A stretch of 64,000 nt of DNA from Clostridia bacterium. GTDB lineage: Bacteria; Bacillota; Clostridia; Christensenellales; Aristaeellaceae. Shown here one piece after another: positions 37,379 to 46,961 of this stretch. The stretch spans positions 758 through 64,757 of the forward strand of contig JAFWXL010000044.1 in the NCBI GenBank assembly GCA_017545905.1, given 5' to 3'. Each line of letters begins with the position of its first letter. Positions within the stretch are counted from its first letter, which is position 1. A model generated the notes under the pieces. The model searched no databases and was not told the DNA's origin. It saw only the letters and a list, made by a program, of their open reading frames with translations. The position numbers and the translations under genes were made by a program.

Positions 37379-38317
37379 TTACGCCTTGCCAGCGCAGCCC
37401 AGAACGTTGATCAGCTTGTGGCGGACCAGTTCCTTGATGTTGGCACGGGCCGGCTTGAGGTACTCGCGCGGGTCGAACTTGTCCGGATGCTCCGCAAAGA
37501 ACTTACGGATGGTGCCGGTCATCGCCAGACGCAGGTCGGAGTCGATGTTGATCTTGCAGACGGCGAGCTGAGCCGCATGACGCAGCTGCTCTTCCGGCAC
37601 GCCGATAGCACCCGGCATCGCGCCGCCGTAGGTGTTGACCATCTCGACATAGTTCTGCGGAACGGAAGAAGAGCCGTGCAGAACGATCGGGAAGCCCGGC
37701 AGCTTACGGACAACCTCTTCAAGGATGTCGAAGCGCAGCTGCGGGTTGGTGCCCGGCTTGAACTTGTAAGCGCCGTGAGAGGTGCCGATGGCGATGGCCA
37801 GGGAGTCACAGCCGGTCTTGGCGACGAACTCCTCAACCTCTTCCGGACGGGTGTAGTGAGCCTTATCGGCCTCAACGCTGACCTCGTCCTCAACGCCGGC
37901 CAGAGCGCCCAGCTCAGCCTCGACCACAACGCCATGATCGTGCGCATACTCGACGACCTTGCGGGTGATCTCGATGTTCTCAGCAAACGGCTTGGAGGAA
38001 GCGTCGATCATGACGGAGGTGAAACCGCCGTCGATGCAGGACTTGCAGGTTTCGAAGCTGTCGCCGTGATCCAGATGCAGCGCGATCGGGATCTCCGGGC
38101 ACTCGATGGCAGCAGCCTCAACCAGCTTCACCAGGTAGGTGTGGTTGGCATAGGCGCGAGCGCCCTTGGACACCTGCAGGATGACCGGAGCCTTCTCCTC
38201 GCGGCAGGCCTCGGTGATGGCCTGGACGATTTCCATGTTGTTCACGTTGAAAGCGCCGACAGCGTAGCCGCCGTTGTAAGCCTTCTTGAACATTTCGGTA
38301 GTAGTAACAAGAGCCAT
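37379..38317 (-). CDS. fba: Class II fructose-1,6-bisphosphate aldolase
   Basis: GAFNVNNME, LHLDHG, GTSHGAYKF and VLHGSSSVP motifs. Confidence 0.95.
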   Translation of the reverse strand: MALVTTTEMFKKAYNGGYAVGAFNVNNMEIVQAITEACREEKAPVILQVSKGARAYANHTYLVKLVEAAAIECPEIPIALHLDHGDSFETCKSCIDGGFTSVMIDASSKPFAENIEITRKVVEYAHDHGVVVEAELGALAGVEDEVSVEADKAHYTRPEEVEEFVAKTGCDSLAIAIGTSHGAYKFKPGTNPQLRFDILEEVVRKLPGFPIVLHGSSSVPQNYVEMVNTYGGAMPGAIGVPEEQLRHAAQLAVCKINIDSDLRLAMTGTIRKFFAEHPDKFDPREYLKPARANIKELVRHKLINVLGCAGKA

Positions 38318-38577
38318 TTCAATTCACTCCTTCATACTATTGCGGCGTAACCTGTCAAGCAGACATCGCACGCCGTATGTTACCATCTGGTTACAGGATA
38401 CAGTATAGCAATTTTTTCCCGTTTTGAACAGTCTTTCCGGCAATTTTCTCTGTTTTGCATCAAAAAGTATCCGGCAGGTATGCCACTTCCAAGCAACTTT
38501 ACAATAGCGCTCCATCCGCCTGCATGCTTATGCACTTCATCTGTACACTTTATGATGCCACCGGACAAAAACGCCCC

Positions 38578-38606
38578 TTGCATCGCTCCAGCGCACCTGC
38601 TATACT
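38578..38606 (+). promoter_or_regulatory. Sigma-A-like promoter for the THUMP methyltransferase gene
   Basis: TTGCAT-17 nt-TATACT, about 25 nt before the start. Confidence 0.5.
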
Positions 38607-38631
38607 GAATACGTTTATGGAGGAATATGCA

Positions 38632-39768
38632 ATGAATACACAGTATGAATGGATTGCAACCGCCGCTTTTGGCCTGGAAGGCGTTGTCGCCCAGGAACTC
38701 AAGCGGCTTGATATCCCCGCGCGCGCAGAAAATGGCGGCGCGCGATTCACTGCGACCTTTGAAGAGGCCATGCGCGCCAACCTCTGGCTGCGCTGCGCCG
38801 ACCGCGTGCTGCTGGTCATGGGGCGCTTTGAGGCGCGCAGCTTTGAAGAGCTCTTTGAGGGCGTCAAGGCGCTGGAGTGGGAGCATTTTATTGGAAGAAA
38901 CACGCGTTTCCCGGTGAGCGGTAAATGTGCGCGCAGTCAGCTGATGAGCGTGCGCGACTGTCAGGCGATCACGAAGAAAGCGATTGTGGAGCGGCTCAAG
39001 GCAAAGTATCACGTGGACTGGCTGGAAGAAACGGACGAGACCGTGGCCATCGACGTGGCCCTGCACAGCGACGTGGCGCAGCTGACGCTGGACGCCAGCG
39101 GCGTGGCGCTCAACAGGCGCGGCTACCGTACATGGAACGGCGAGGCGCCGCTTCGCGAAACGTTGGCTGCCGCGCTGGTATCCCTGTCCCCCTGGCGGCC
39201 GGGCATGCGTCTGCACGATCCGATGTGCGGCACAGGCACGCTGATGATCGAGGCAGCCATGCGCATGGCCAATCGGGCGCCGGGCCTGACGCGCGAGTTC
39301 GCCATGGAATCCTGGCGCGGCATGCCCACGGATGCTTTCCGCGCCATCCGCGAAGAAGCGCAGGCAGCATTTGATCCCGCGCGCATCGAGGGCATCTCCG
39401 GTTCGGATATCGATCCTCAGGCTGTTGAGCTGGCCAATCGTCATCTCAGGCAGGCTGGACTTGCGGGCCGCGTGGAATTCAGCATCGGCGACGCCCGGGC
39501 ATGCCGCATCGAAGGCGAGCGCGGCGCATTCCTGTGCAATCCGCCATATGGCGAGCGCCTGAGCGACCGCAAGGCCTGTGAGGAGCTTTACCGCGAGATG
39601 GGCCTGCTGCTGCGCCGCCATCCCGGTTTCACGCTCTCGGCAATCACATCACACCCCGGCTTTGAGCGCTGCCTGGGCCGCCGAGCGGATAAGAAGCGCC
39701 GATTCTACAACGGCCGCCTGGAATGTGAATTCATGACATTCGGCCTGCCCGTCCCTAAGAGAAAATAA
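38632..39768 (+). CDS. THUMP-domain class I SAM-dependent RNA methyltransferase (RlmL/YpsC-like)
   Basis: DPMCGTGTLMIEAA SAM motif and NPPYGERL catalytic motif. A GGAGGA RBS precedes the ATG at 38632. Confidence 0.88.
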   Translation: MNTQYEWIATAAFGLEGVVAQELKRLDIPARAENGGARFTATFEEAMRANLWLRCADRVLLVMGRFEARSFEELFEGVKALEWEHFIGRNTRFPVSGKCARSQLMSVRDCQAITKKAIVERLKAKYHVDWLEETDETVAIDVALHSDVAQLTLDASGVALNRRGYRTWNGEAPLRETLAAALVSLSPWRPGMRLHDPMCGTGTLMIEAAMRMANRAPGLTREFAMESWRGMPTDAFRAIREEAQAAFDPARIEGISGSDIDPQAVELANRHLRQAGLAGRVEFSIGDARACRIEGERGAFLCNPPYGERLSDRKACEELYREMGLLLRRHPGFTLSAITSHPGFERCLGRRADKKRRFYNGRLECEFMTFGLPVPKRK

Positions 39769-39801
39769 GCCAGCTGACCGCGGGCTTCCCAATATAACAG
39801 C

Positions 39802-39829
39802 AAGCGCACGGAAATGCTCCGTGCGCTTT
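39802..39829. terminator. Bidirectional terminator
   Basis: AAGCGCACGGA-aatgc-TCCGTGCGCTT followed by T. Confidence 0.6.
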
Positions 39830-39854
39830 ATTCATAGCCAATTCTTCTTATGTA

Positions 39855-40106
39855 TCACATGTTGGCGACAACGTAATTCTGAATCGCCGCCACAGCAGCC
39901 TCTTCATCCCTGCCCTCAACGGTGACGGTAATTCGGCTGCCGCTCCTGGCGCTCAGGCGCGCATGCGCATTCCTGAGGTCAACCTCCCTGTCCTCCTGCA
40001 TCAAACGGATACTGCTGGAAAAGCGGGATGCTTCCCGCATGAGCTTGTTCGTCGTACCAGCATGCAGGGCAATCGCTCTGGTGAGCATATAGCTGAACTG
40101 CTTCAC
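39855..40106 (-). CDS. HPr-family phosphocarrier-like protein (orphan)
   Basis: 83 aa with a GTG start. The His15 region is retained as ALHAGTT, and the C-terminal ITVTVEGRDEEAAVAAI resembles the HPr fold. No PTS genes are nearby. Confidence 0.65.
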   Translation of the reverse strand: MKQFSYMLTRAIALHAGTTNKLMREASRFSSSIRLMQEDREVDLRNAHARLSARSGSRITVTVEGRDEEAAVAAIQNYVVANM

Positions 40107-40164
40107 AAGGTTACACTTCCTTTCTCAGCGCAGATCGCCTCTGCGCCCTTGTGCTGCATCCCGG

Positions 40165-40193
40165 ATTATAGCGCCTGCACGCTGTTTATGCAA
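40165..40193 (-). promoter_or_regulatory. Near-consensus sigma-A promoter for the HPr-like gene
   Basis: On the minus strand, TTGCAT-17 nt-TATAAT. Confidence 0.5.
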
Positions 40194-40382
40194 GCGGTCT
40201 TTTGCAGCGCCGTCTGGACCCGCTAAAAAAACAGGCGAATTCTTCCGCACGGGATTTGTCCATTCTGCAGAAAAAACTTCACGTCCAGCGCAGATGCGGC
40301 AAAAGAATCTGTTTCATTCTTTCCAAATCCCGGTCGATTATTCTCAAAAAATGCCTGTTTCAAACATCCTGCGCAAAATGGT

Positions 40383-42053
40383 TCACTCAAAATCGAGATA
40401 CTTCGTCATGATATAGCCACGCGTACCCTTCGGCGTGACCACGCAGGACCAGTCTTTGCCGTATTCCGCTACGCGAAGGCACTCGCCGGTGCGCGCCTTG
40501 CCGATGATTCCTCCATCCATGCTGCTGGCGCGGGAACGCAGGTTCACCTTGTCCGTATTGACAAAGGCGGTCAGATGCGTCGCGCCTGCCGGTGCGTTCA
40601 GTTCAGTCTTTCTGATAAAGCCCGTTCTGTCCTGGGCATCGGTGCTTACGTCAAGTCCGGCGCTCGATGCATGCTGCACAAAGGCCCATTCGCCAAAGCT
40701 GCCCAGCATGTACACCTTTTCTCCCTCGGAAATGACCTGCCCGTCTCTCGTCCTGTCCGATGGATTGTTTTTCATCACCGCATCGGCAAGCAGCGCAGCG
40801 CGCTGGGGAATCCTGCCGGAGGGATTGTCATCCTGACCGGAGAGGATCTGGATCTCATCCTTGGGAATGTAACCGCGAAGCGTGCCAAGGGCTACCTGCA
40901 CATAGTCCGTCTGCGTATACTCGATGATGCGCACCTGCGCGCCAGGGCACAGCGCGCCGATCATTTCCGCATCCTTTTGCGGCTCTTTCAGCATGACGAC
41001 AGGGACATCATCGTTATCCGCCAGCGCCACGCCAATGCTCTCGCCCACCAGCGCAAGCGACAGATCGCTGATCTTCACATAGCCGAAGTCGCCGCAGTCA
41101 TATGCGCCTGCGCCGCCCTCCAACGTGCGCACGTACGCATAGTCGCCGCATTCCGCCAGAAGCTCCACCTTCATATCCCTGCCCAGCGTCATGTATGCGC
41201 AGGCTGGGTTATCCCGCTCGCTGTACAGCAGGATATCCGACTTTGTCTGCATGAGCAGCGGATAATACGGCACAGCGCTGCGCGGATGCAGGTCGGTGAG
41301 TGCAAACAGACCGGAGGTCTGTGTATACTTGATCCAGCCGCTGACGCCGCCCACGCGAACCCTGCGCCACTCTCCCTCTTTTCTGCCGAAGAGATTGAAA
41401 CAGACCGTGCCGTTCTTGAGCGACATGATCTCTTTCGCCTTGTTATTGGGCGCATCGTACAGGATGATCCGACTGTCCGCCTTATCACCCTCAATCACGC
41501 AGACCTTGAGATCGCCCACATCTGTCAGGCAGTTAAGCGGCACATAGCCCAGCGTCCGCACCTCCTCCACCTGCGCGGCAATGTAAGCCCATTCATCCAG
41601 AACGCCGACCAGCTCGACCGGCGCACCGCTTTGAAGCATACCCAGTATTTCTGCCTGCGGATCTGTATCATTCAAAAGCGGCAGCTCTGCCATCCACATG
41701 CCGGTCAGATCAACCTGCGCGCCGCGGCACCTGCCAAAGCCGCTGTCAGCACCATAGCGCCGCTCCGCCTCCTCGCGCGTGATCAGATACTCGGAGGCCA
41801 TGTAGCCGGTCATGCCGCCGATGCGGACCTTCGTGTATTCCTCATTCTGTACGCCAAGGTTTTCCACCTCCGCGCCAGTATAATACAACCCGATAATGCC
41901 GCCGGCTTTTGCCGGTTCCGCACGGAGGTTCAACCGCTCCGGAAACACCTTGTCGGTCTCTCTGTTATCGACAAACAGGCTCTCACCCGCTGCGCAGCCC
42001 GTCATGATCAAAAGCATGACCAGCGCAAGAATAATCGTTATCGCCTTTTTCAT
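40383..42053 (-). CDS. Lipoprotein with multiple bacterial SH3 (SH3b) repeats
   Basis: Lipobox LLIMTGCAAG, followed by repeated modules of the type ..NLR..P......G......V.......W..V...G..GY(I/M). Confidence 0.85.
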   Translation of the reverse strand: MKKAITIILALVMLLIMTGCAAGESLFVDNRETDKVFPERLNLRAEPAKAGGIIGLYYTGAEVENLGVQNEEYTKVRIGGMTGYMASEYLITREEAERRYGADSGFGRCRGAQVDLTGMWMAELPLLNDTDPQAEILGMLQSGAPVELVGVLDEWAYIAAQVEEVRTLGYVPLNCLTDVGDLKVCVIEGDKADSRIILYDAPNNKAKEIMSLKNGTVCFNLFGRKEGEWRRVRVGGVSGWIKYTQTSGLFALTDLHPRSAVPYYPLLMQTKSDILLYSERDNPACAYMTLGRDMKVELLAECGDYAYVRTLEGGAGAYDCGDFGYVKISDLSLALVGESIGVALADNDDVPVVMLKEPQKDAEMIGALCPGAQVRIIEYTQTDYVQVALGTLRGYIPKDEIQILSGQDDNPSGRIPQRAALLADAVMKNNPSDRTRDGQVISEGEKVYMLGSFGEWAFVQHASSAGLDVSTDAQDRTGFIRKTELNAPAGATHLTAFVNTDKVNLRSRASSMDGGIIGKARTGECLRVAEYGKDWSCVVTPKGTRGYIMTKYLDFE

Positions 42054-42184
42054 CAGCAGTCACACTCCTTTTGTATTGCTCTGCCTATCAGACGAATGAC
42101 GCCCGTGTTTTCTTCCCATATATCCCCATATTTATTACAAAAACTTCACATTTGCGTATGTGCGGGACTTTCGCAGCATAAACA

Positions 42185-42211
42185 AGCCGCCGGACATTAC
42201 GCCCGACGGCT
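42185..42211 (-). terminator. Weak hairpin terminator after the lipid kinase gene
   Basis: AGCCG(C)CGG-9 nt-CCG(A)CGGCT. The T-tract on the minus strand is poor (TGTTTATG). Confidence 0.35.
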
Positions 42212-42241
42212 CATCTTTTTTCTTTGTTATATTTCTCTGCT

Positions 42242-43117
42242 TTATTTCTTTACAGCTCTCACGCGCAGCGCACCACGCATCACACTGTAACGCGCCTCAT
42301 CCATCTGCTGAAGGTTGCCGTCGATGTTGATAACCATGCCCTTTGCGCGCATCACAAGCTCCTTTGCCCGGATAACATGCCCGATGGGCAGATATATATG
42401 CAGACCCAGCTTAAAGAGCGGAAGCATGAACGGAATGATCCATCTGGGCACCCTGTCAACCAGAACAACGTCAAACACGCCGTCCATATAGCTGGACTTT
42501 GGCGCAACCAGCATGCCGCCGCCGAAGTACCTGCCATTGGCCACCTCAACAATCGTGCCCTGATACGCTCTGAATGCGCCGCCGTCAACAGAGATTTCAG
42601 ATTCAAACGCCTTATAGCTGCCCAGCACAGCCAGCACCGCCTTGGTATAGGCCTTTTCGCCGGGATAAACCGCCTTGAGTTCTTCTGTCTTGCGCAGCAC
42701 TTCCACATCAAAGCCAGAGCCGGAAACATTGATGAACGCACGGCCGTTCAGGCTTCCGCAGTCAATGAACGCCTCTTCGCCGTCAAGCTGTGCGACAAAT
42801 GCGTCAATCGGGTCCTTGGGCAGACCGAATGCGCGCGCAAAATCATTACCTGTTCCGCTGGGAACGATGTAAAGCGTCCTTTGGCTGTTCGCCATCGCAT
42901 CGACAATCTCGGAAAGCGTGCCATCTCCGCCGACACAAACGACAGCATCACAGCCGCTTTCAAGTGCCTGGCGAACCTGACGATCTCCATCACCCTCGCA
43001 TTCCGTGGGGAACAGGCGCATCGTCTCGCCGCGCTCAGAGAGTATCTTTTCGATTTTTTCTGCAATCGCCTTATTCTTTCCCCCGCCGGAAACGGGATTG
43101 ACAATGACGCCAAACAT
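42242..43117 (-). CDS. Diacylglycerol/lipid kinase family protein (YegS/DagK-like)
   Basis: NPVSGGGK N-terminus and VVCVGGDGTLSE catalytic-domain motif. Confidence 0.88.
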   Translation of the reverse strand: MFGVIVNPVSGGGKNKAIAEKIEKILSERGETMRLFPTECEGDGDRQVRQALESGCDAVVCVGGDGTLSEIVDAMANSQRTLYIVPSGTGNDFARAFGLPKDPIDAFVAQLDGEEAFIDCGSLNGRAFINVSGSGFDVEVLRKTEELKAVYPGEKAYTKAVLAVLGSYKAFESEISVDGGAFRAYQGTIVEVANGRYFGGGMLVAPKSSYMDGVFDVVLVDRVPRWIIPFMLPLFKLGLHIYLPIGHVIRAKELVMRAKGMVINIDGNLQQMDEARYSVMRGALRVRAVKK

Positions 43118-43153
43118 AAGCCTGTCCCCTTCTCTTTTGTATGTGTGAACCGG

Positions 43154-43945
43154 TCAGTCACGCTCCTGCGGACCGGTTTCCATATCTATTGCCGATTCGC
43201 CTTCCCGATGCATATCCTGCTCAGCCGCCTCGCGGAGCCTTGCGAATGCACCGGGCATGACCCAGCGAACGGGATCGAGGTCCACAGCGCCGGGCATCTT
43301 TCTGAAGATCACAAACTTAATCGGAACGCCCTTCTCGGTGTACATCTTCTCGTGCTCGCTGATATAATTGGGCGTAAATCCCGCCGCATGCAGGTCGTTG
43401 ACCAGATAGCGCATCTGGAAATTGCACGCCTCAAAATACGGCAAAGACTCCGTGAACAGCGGCATATCGTCGGTCTTGAACCAGATTTCACCGCCGTCGA
43501 CCAGAAAATCGCGGTACTGCATCAGCTGTCTCGGATGCGTCAGCCTGCGCTTGGCATACTTGGGACGTTTGGTCCACGGATTGCAGAAATTGATGTAGAT
43601 GCGCTCCACACGATCCTCCGGCGCGAACACCTTTCGGATATCCTCGATGTTGTAGCGCGTAATCACCACATTCTTTACCGGTTCATCGCCGAATGTTTTG
43701 GCGATATTGCGGCGCGTATCGCCCAGCACATTGCAGGTAATGTCGATTGCAATGAAATTCGTATCCCTGTTGTCATACACCATCGCAGCGGTCGAAACGC
43801 CCTTGCCGCAGCCCAGCTCCAGATGCAGCGGCTGATCCTGTGCAAACAGCTCGCGCCAATGACCGCGGTGTTTCTCCGCCTCATCGGAAAAATACGGGCA
43901 GACAGCCAGTTCCGGCTTCGCCCACTTCTTGGTGCGCATATGCAT
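43154..43945 (-). CDS. trmB: tRNA (guanine46-N7)-methyltransferase
   Basis: The start MHMRTKKWAKPEL is preceded by GGAGGA, with LELGCGKG SAM and FCNPWTK motifs. The track ORF extends spuriously to 44200. Confidence 0.9.
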   Translation of the reverse strand: MHMRTKKWAKPELAVCPYFSDEAEKHRGHWRELFAQDQPLHLELGCGKGVSTAAMVYDNRDTNFIAIDITCNVLGDTRRNIAKTFGDEPVKNVVITRYNIEDIRKVFAPEDRVERIYINFCNPWTKRPKYAKRRLTHPRQLMQYRDFLVDGGEIWFKTDDMPLFTESLPYFEACNFQMRYLVNDLHAAGFTPNYISEHEKMYTEKGVPIKFVIFRKMPGAVDLDPVRWVMPGAFARLREAAEQDMHREGESAIDMETGPQERD

Positions 43946-44045
43946 GGAAATCGGTCCTCCACAAAAAGGGCCAGTCACGCATGACTGACCCTGAAAATAT
44001 TCATACGTATGTACAGTATACCATGATTTTTCGCCGCAGGCAAGC

Positions 44046-44537
44046 TTACAGCCGCTTTTGATAGCACAGCCAGCGCTCACCCCAGAGCTCACACTCACCA
44101 CAGATATCAAATGCCAGCTTTGCGTAGGATCGCTGCGCAATCGGATTGCGCTTTGCAACCAGAAATCGGACGCCATCGCAGCCGTCTTCGCGCGCAGCAT
44201 CCATCGCGGCGTTCAGCATACGCCGGGCAATGCCTCTTCCCTGCATACGCTGCGCAACACCCAGCCGCGAAGGAACTGCCCAGCGCTTCACATCTGGATA
44301 CCACGGCGCAAGATCAGCAAATTCCGTCTCCTCCTCGCCAGGCAGAAGCGCAATTGCCGCAGCAATGCCCATGGCCGGATCGCGCATGACAAGGGTTTTG
44401 CCATGCAGAACGTCTTCCTCGACCAGCCCGCAGTCCGGATAATCCTCGCTCCATGTGCTGTACGGCGTATCAATCAGAGAATGATAAAGCGCATACACCT
44501 GCGCCGCATCTGCAGGCGCCGCACGCTCAATGATCAT
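44046..44537 (-). CDS. GNAT-family N-acetyltransferase
   Basis: The motif LGVAQRMQGRGIARRML is an acetyl-CoA-binding Q/RxxGxG/A. The start MIIERAAP follows the mazG-like stop directly. Confidence 0.85.
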   Translation of the reverse strand: MIIERAAPADAAQVYALYHSLIDTPYSTWSEDYPDCGLVEEDVLHGKTLVMRDPAMGIAAAIALLPGEEETEFADLAPWYPDVKRWAVPSRLGVAQRMQGRGIARRMLNAAMDAAREDGCDGVRFLVAKRNPIAQRSYAKLAFDICGECELWGERWLCYQKRL

Positions 44538-44542
44538 ATCGT

Positions 44543-44899
44543 TCACGTATTTCCACCGTCTTCCTGCTGGTGTAATTCCATGCGGTTCAATGATTTTTCC
44601 ACGTCGAATCCCTCGGGATAACGCGCTTTGAGCTTCTCGATATTCCTGCAGAAAACCTCCTCCAGCGGCACATCCAGCGCATATGCCGTCTCCGCCAGAT
44701 ACCATGCCACATCGCCCAGCTCCTTGATAAGCGCGTCGCGATCCAGCGCATGCCCCTGCGCAAGGTGCTTCTTTACAATATCGATGGCCTCGCCTGCTTC
44801 GCCGCACAGACCCATCACACCGTTGATCAGCACGTCTTTTTGCTCAAGCGCCGGATTGAGCGTGCGCATGGCAAGCTTCTGGTATTCGTTGATGGTCAC
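44543..44899 (-). CDS. MazG-like nucleotide pyrophosphohydrolase (single-domain)
   Basis: 118 aa containing INEYQKLAMRT, GLCGEAGE and ELGDVAWY, the EExxE/D-type all-alpha NTP-PPase motifs. Confidence 0.85.
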   Translation of the reverse strand: MTINEYQKLAMRTLNPALEQKDVLINGVMGLCGEAGEAIDIVKKHLAQGHALDRDALIKELGDVAWYLAETAYALDVPLEEVFCRNIEKLKARYPEGFDVEKSLNRMELHQQEDGGNT

Positions 44900-44943
44900 T
44901 TGTCACAACCCCTTTGCTTGAGATACTTCTTTGCAGGCGTGTT

Positions 44944-46362
44944 TCAGGCGTCAAAGCGGAAACGGATGAAATCCGCCGCTCCTGTTCCCTCGAATGTAAA
45001 ATACAGCGGGCTTTTTCCGCTGCGGATATTCAGCGGCGCAGAGAACTCCTTCCAGCCGTCGCTGCCGCTCACCGGAATGCGGGCAACAACGCTGCCCTGC
45101 CTATCATCCCTGACCACGAATTCACCGGCAGCGTTACCGCGGATTTCCACGGAAACCATCTTTGCTTTTGCAAAATCAAAGTAGCGATAACCCGCCGTAG
45201 CGCCGTCCACCATGTTGCTGATATACTGATTCGGCGTATCCATGCGATCCCCGCCGTCCTGCGTAAAAGCCGGATGGCGCTCGTCCTGCTGATCCGGCAG
45301 GCTCTCCGTCGTACCGTTTTTCGAATACAGATGGCAGGCGATGCGCGCTTCATATACGCCTTCATCCCTGAGCGGCTTTCCATTGAGGCCGCAGGACGTG
45401 ATCTCTGCCTGATGGAAACGCTCGCCGTCAAAGCAAATCTCCTCAGCGCAGGCCTGACGGGAGAAGAAATGACGGTTGGTCTGACGATGATAAAATACAT
45501 ACCATTTCCCATTGACCAGCGCAACCGAGCCGTGCGTATTTCCGCGGTAATTCAGCGCCTCGGTATTGCCGTTCACGCCGATATCCGCATTGGACACGAG
45601 TACGCCGCCGAAATGATACTCGCCCAGCGGGCTGTCCGCCACGGCCCAGCAGAGTTCATGCATCCATGTGGAAGAATAGATAAAATAGTATTTGCCGTTG
45701 ATCTTCCGGATGGAACTGGCCTCAAAGAAGGGATGCTCCTCATACTCCGTCCCGTCCGCATCGTTGATGATGGGCAGATTGTGATACGGGCCATCCTTGA
45801 CGGTGATCATATCCTGCTCAAGCTCCATCTTGAGGCTGTCCTTATCGGTAGGCGTCTGCTTATACCGGGGGCTATTGCCGGAAAACAGATATATGCGCTT
45901 GTCATCGTCAATGAAAATGCCAGGATCAAACTGACGGATCTCATCCGGGCGCGCGCCAAGAATATCACCGTTGGGATATCGGACAAAACCAAGGAATTCA
46001 AAAGGGCCTACGGGCGTATCTGCCACGGCGACGCCGATCTCCTTGAGAAAATCCAGACAGTAATACAGATAATACCTGCCGTCATTGCCCTTACAGACGT
46101 CCGGCGCCCAAAGGGCGTGCTTGCCGTTCGGATTGCGCGGATCCTGCTCCTTGCGGAAGATCACGCCCTCATAGCGCCAATCAGAAAGATCCTCTTCCGG
46201 CGCAGACCAGCAGACGTAGTCATTCTGGCAATACACGTCGCCATTGAAGCAGTCATGGCTGCCATACACATACAGGCGGCCGTCAAACACGCGCGGCTCA
46301 CCGTCGGGAATATACTCCCAGCTGGGCAGATAGGGATTGAACACTTGCTGTTTCATGGCCAT
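44944..46362 (-). CDS. Glycoside hydrolase family 43 protein with a C-terminal CBM-like domain
   Basis: NPYLPSWEYIPDGEPRVFDGRLYVYGSHD N-terminus, WAPD, and a five-bladed-propeller-like sequence. There is no signal peptide. Confidence 0.88.
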   Translation of the reverse strand: MAMKQQVFNPYLPSWEYIPDGEPRVFDGRLYVYGSHDCFNGDVYCQNDYVCWSAPEEDLSDWRYEGVIFRKEQDPRNPNGKHALWAPDVCKGNDGRYYLYYCLDFLKEIGVAVADTPVGPFEFLGFVRYPNGDILGARPDEIRQFDPGIFIDDDKRIYLFSGNSPRYKQTPTDKDSLKMELEQDMITVKDGPYHNLPIINDADGTEYEEHPFFEASSIRKINGKYYFIYSSTWMHELCWAVADSPLGEYHFGGVLVSNADIGVNGNTEALNYRGNTHGSVALVNGKWYVFYHRQTNRHFFSRQACAEEICFDGERFHQAEITSCGLNGKPLRDEGVYEARIACHLYSKNGTTESLPDQQDERHPAFTQDGGDRMDTPNQYISNMVDGATAGYRYFDFAKAKMVSVEIRGNAAGEFVVRDDRQGSVVARIPVSGSDGWKEFSAPLNIRSGKSPLYFTFEGTGAADFIRFRFDA

Positions 46363-46380
46363 TCTCCTCTTCTTTGTCCG

Positions 46381-46806
46381 TTATTGCTGACCCATGAAGA
46401 ATGCGCGCAGCTCATCCTCGCTGCGCAGAACGATTTCCGGCGCGCCGTGAAGCATCACATTATCAAATCCATCGATAAACGAACGGGCGTCCGTCTTATA
46501 TCCGATGCAGCGCTTGCCCTTGGCAAAGCAATAGCCCAGCTCAAAGCAGGCGCCCTCATCGGGTACGCGTCCGTCGAAGAGAAACAGAATCGTATCGCAC
46601 CAGTCCATATGGTCGCAGTCCAGTTTGAACAGATACTTTCTCTTGGGCATTCCTTCGATCATCTCCGGAAGATCCGCCACGCAGCCGCCAGCCCTCTGAG
46701 GCAAAAATGTTTCATGGCCGCACTGCTGAAGAATCGCATCGATTCGCTCATTGAAGCTGCGTTCGCCCTGAGAAAACAGCGGCGCTGCGATGTATATTTT
46801 CATCAT
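46381..46806 (-). CDS. Nucleoside 2-deoxyribosyltransferase-family protein
   Basis: MKIYIAAPLFS N-terminus and DEGACFELGY, the catalytic-Glu region of the NDT fold. The track ORF to 47178 reads through a tRNA gene and is rejected. Confidence 0.85.
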   Translation of the reverse strand: MMKIYIAAPLFSQGERSFNERIDAILQQCGHETFLPQRAGGCVADLPEMIEGMPKRKYLFKLDCDHMDWCDTILFLFDGRVPDEGACFELGYCFAKGKRCIGYKTDARSFIDGFDNVMLHGAPEIVLRSEDELRAFFMGQQ

Positions 46807-46863
46807 AACATCCTTTCGTTTCCAGTCCGGTCGATATTCAGAACGTATCATATTGCTGATATC

Positions 46864-46892
46864 ATCATATCTCAGCCATCTTTGGTTGTCAA
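46864..46892 (-). promoter_or_regulatory. Sigma-A-like promoter for the NDT-GH43-mazG-GNAT gene string
   Basis: On the minus strand, TTGACA-17 nt-TATGAT. Confidence 0.5.
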
Positions 46893-46934
46893 TATCAGCT
46901 GGTACGCAATGCATCCGTGCCATCAGGTGCGTGG

Positions 46935-46961
46935 AAAACAAAAAAGCGGCCAGTGGCCGCT
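46935..46961 (-). terminator. Second Rho-independent terminator downstream of tRNA-Gly
   Basis: On the minus strand, AGCGGCC-act-GGCCGCU followed by UUUUUUGUUUU. Confidence 0.6.

Noticed and set aside
44543-46806. The MazG-like plus NDT-fold genes as an anti-phage nucleotide-depletion or defence module.
   Set aside because: There is no sensor, nuclease, TIR/SIR2, cyclase or other defence partner, and no mobile-element context. The genes sit in an operon with trmB and a lipid kinase, and both are small single-domain housekeeping-type proteins.
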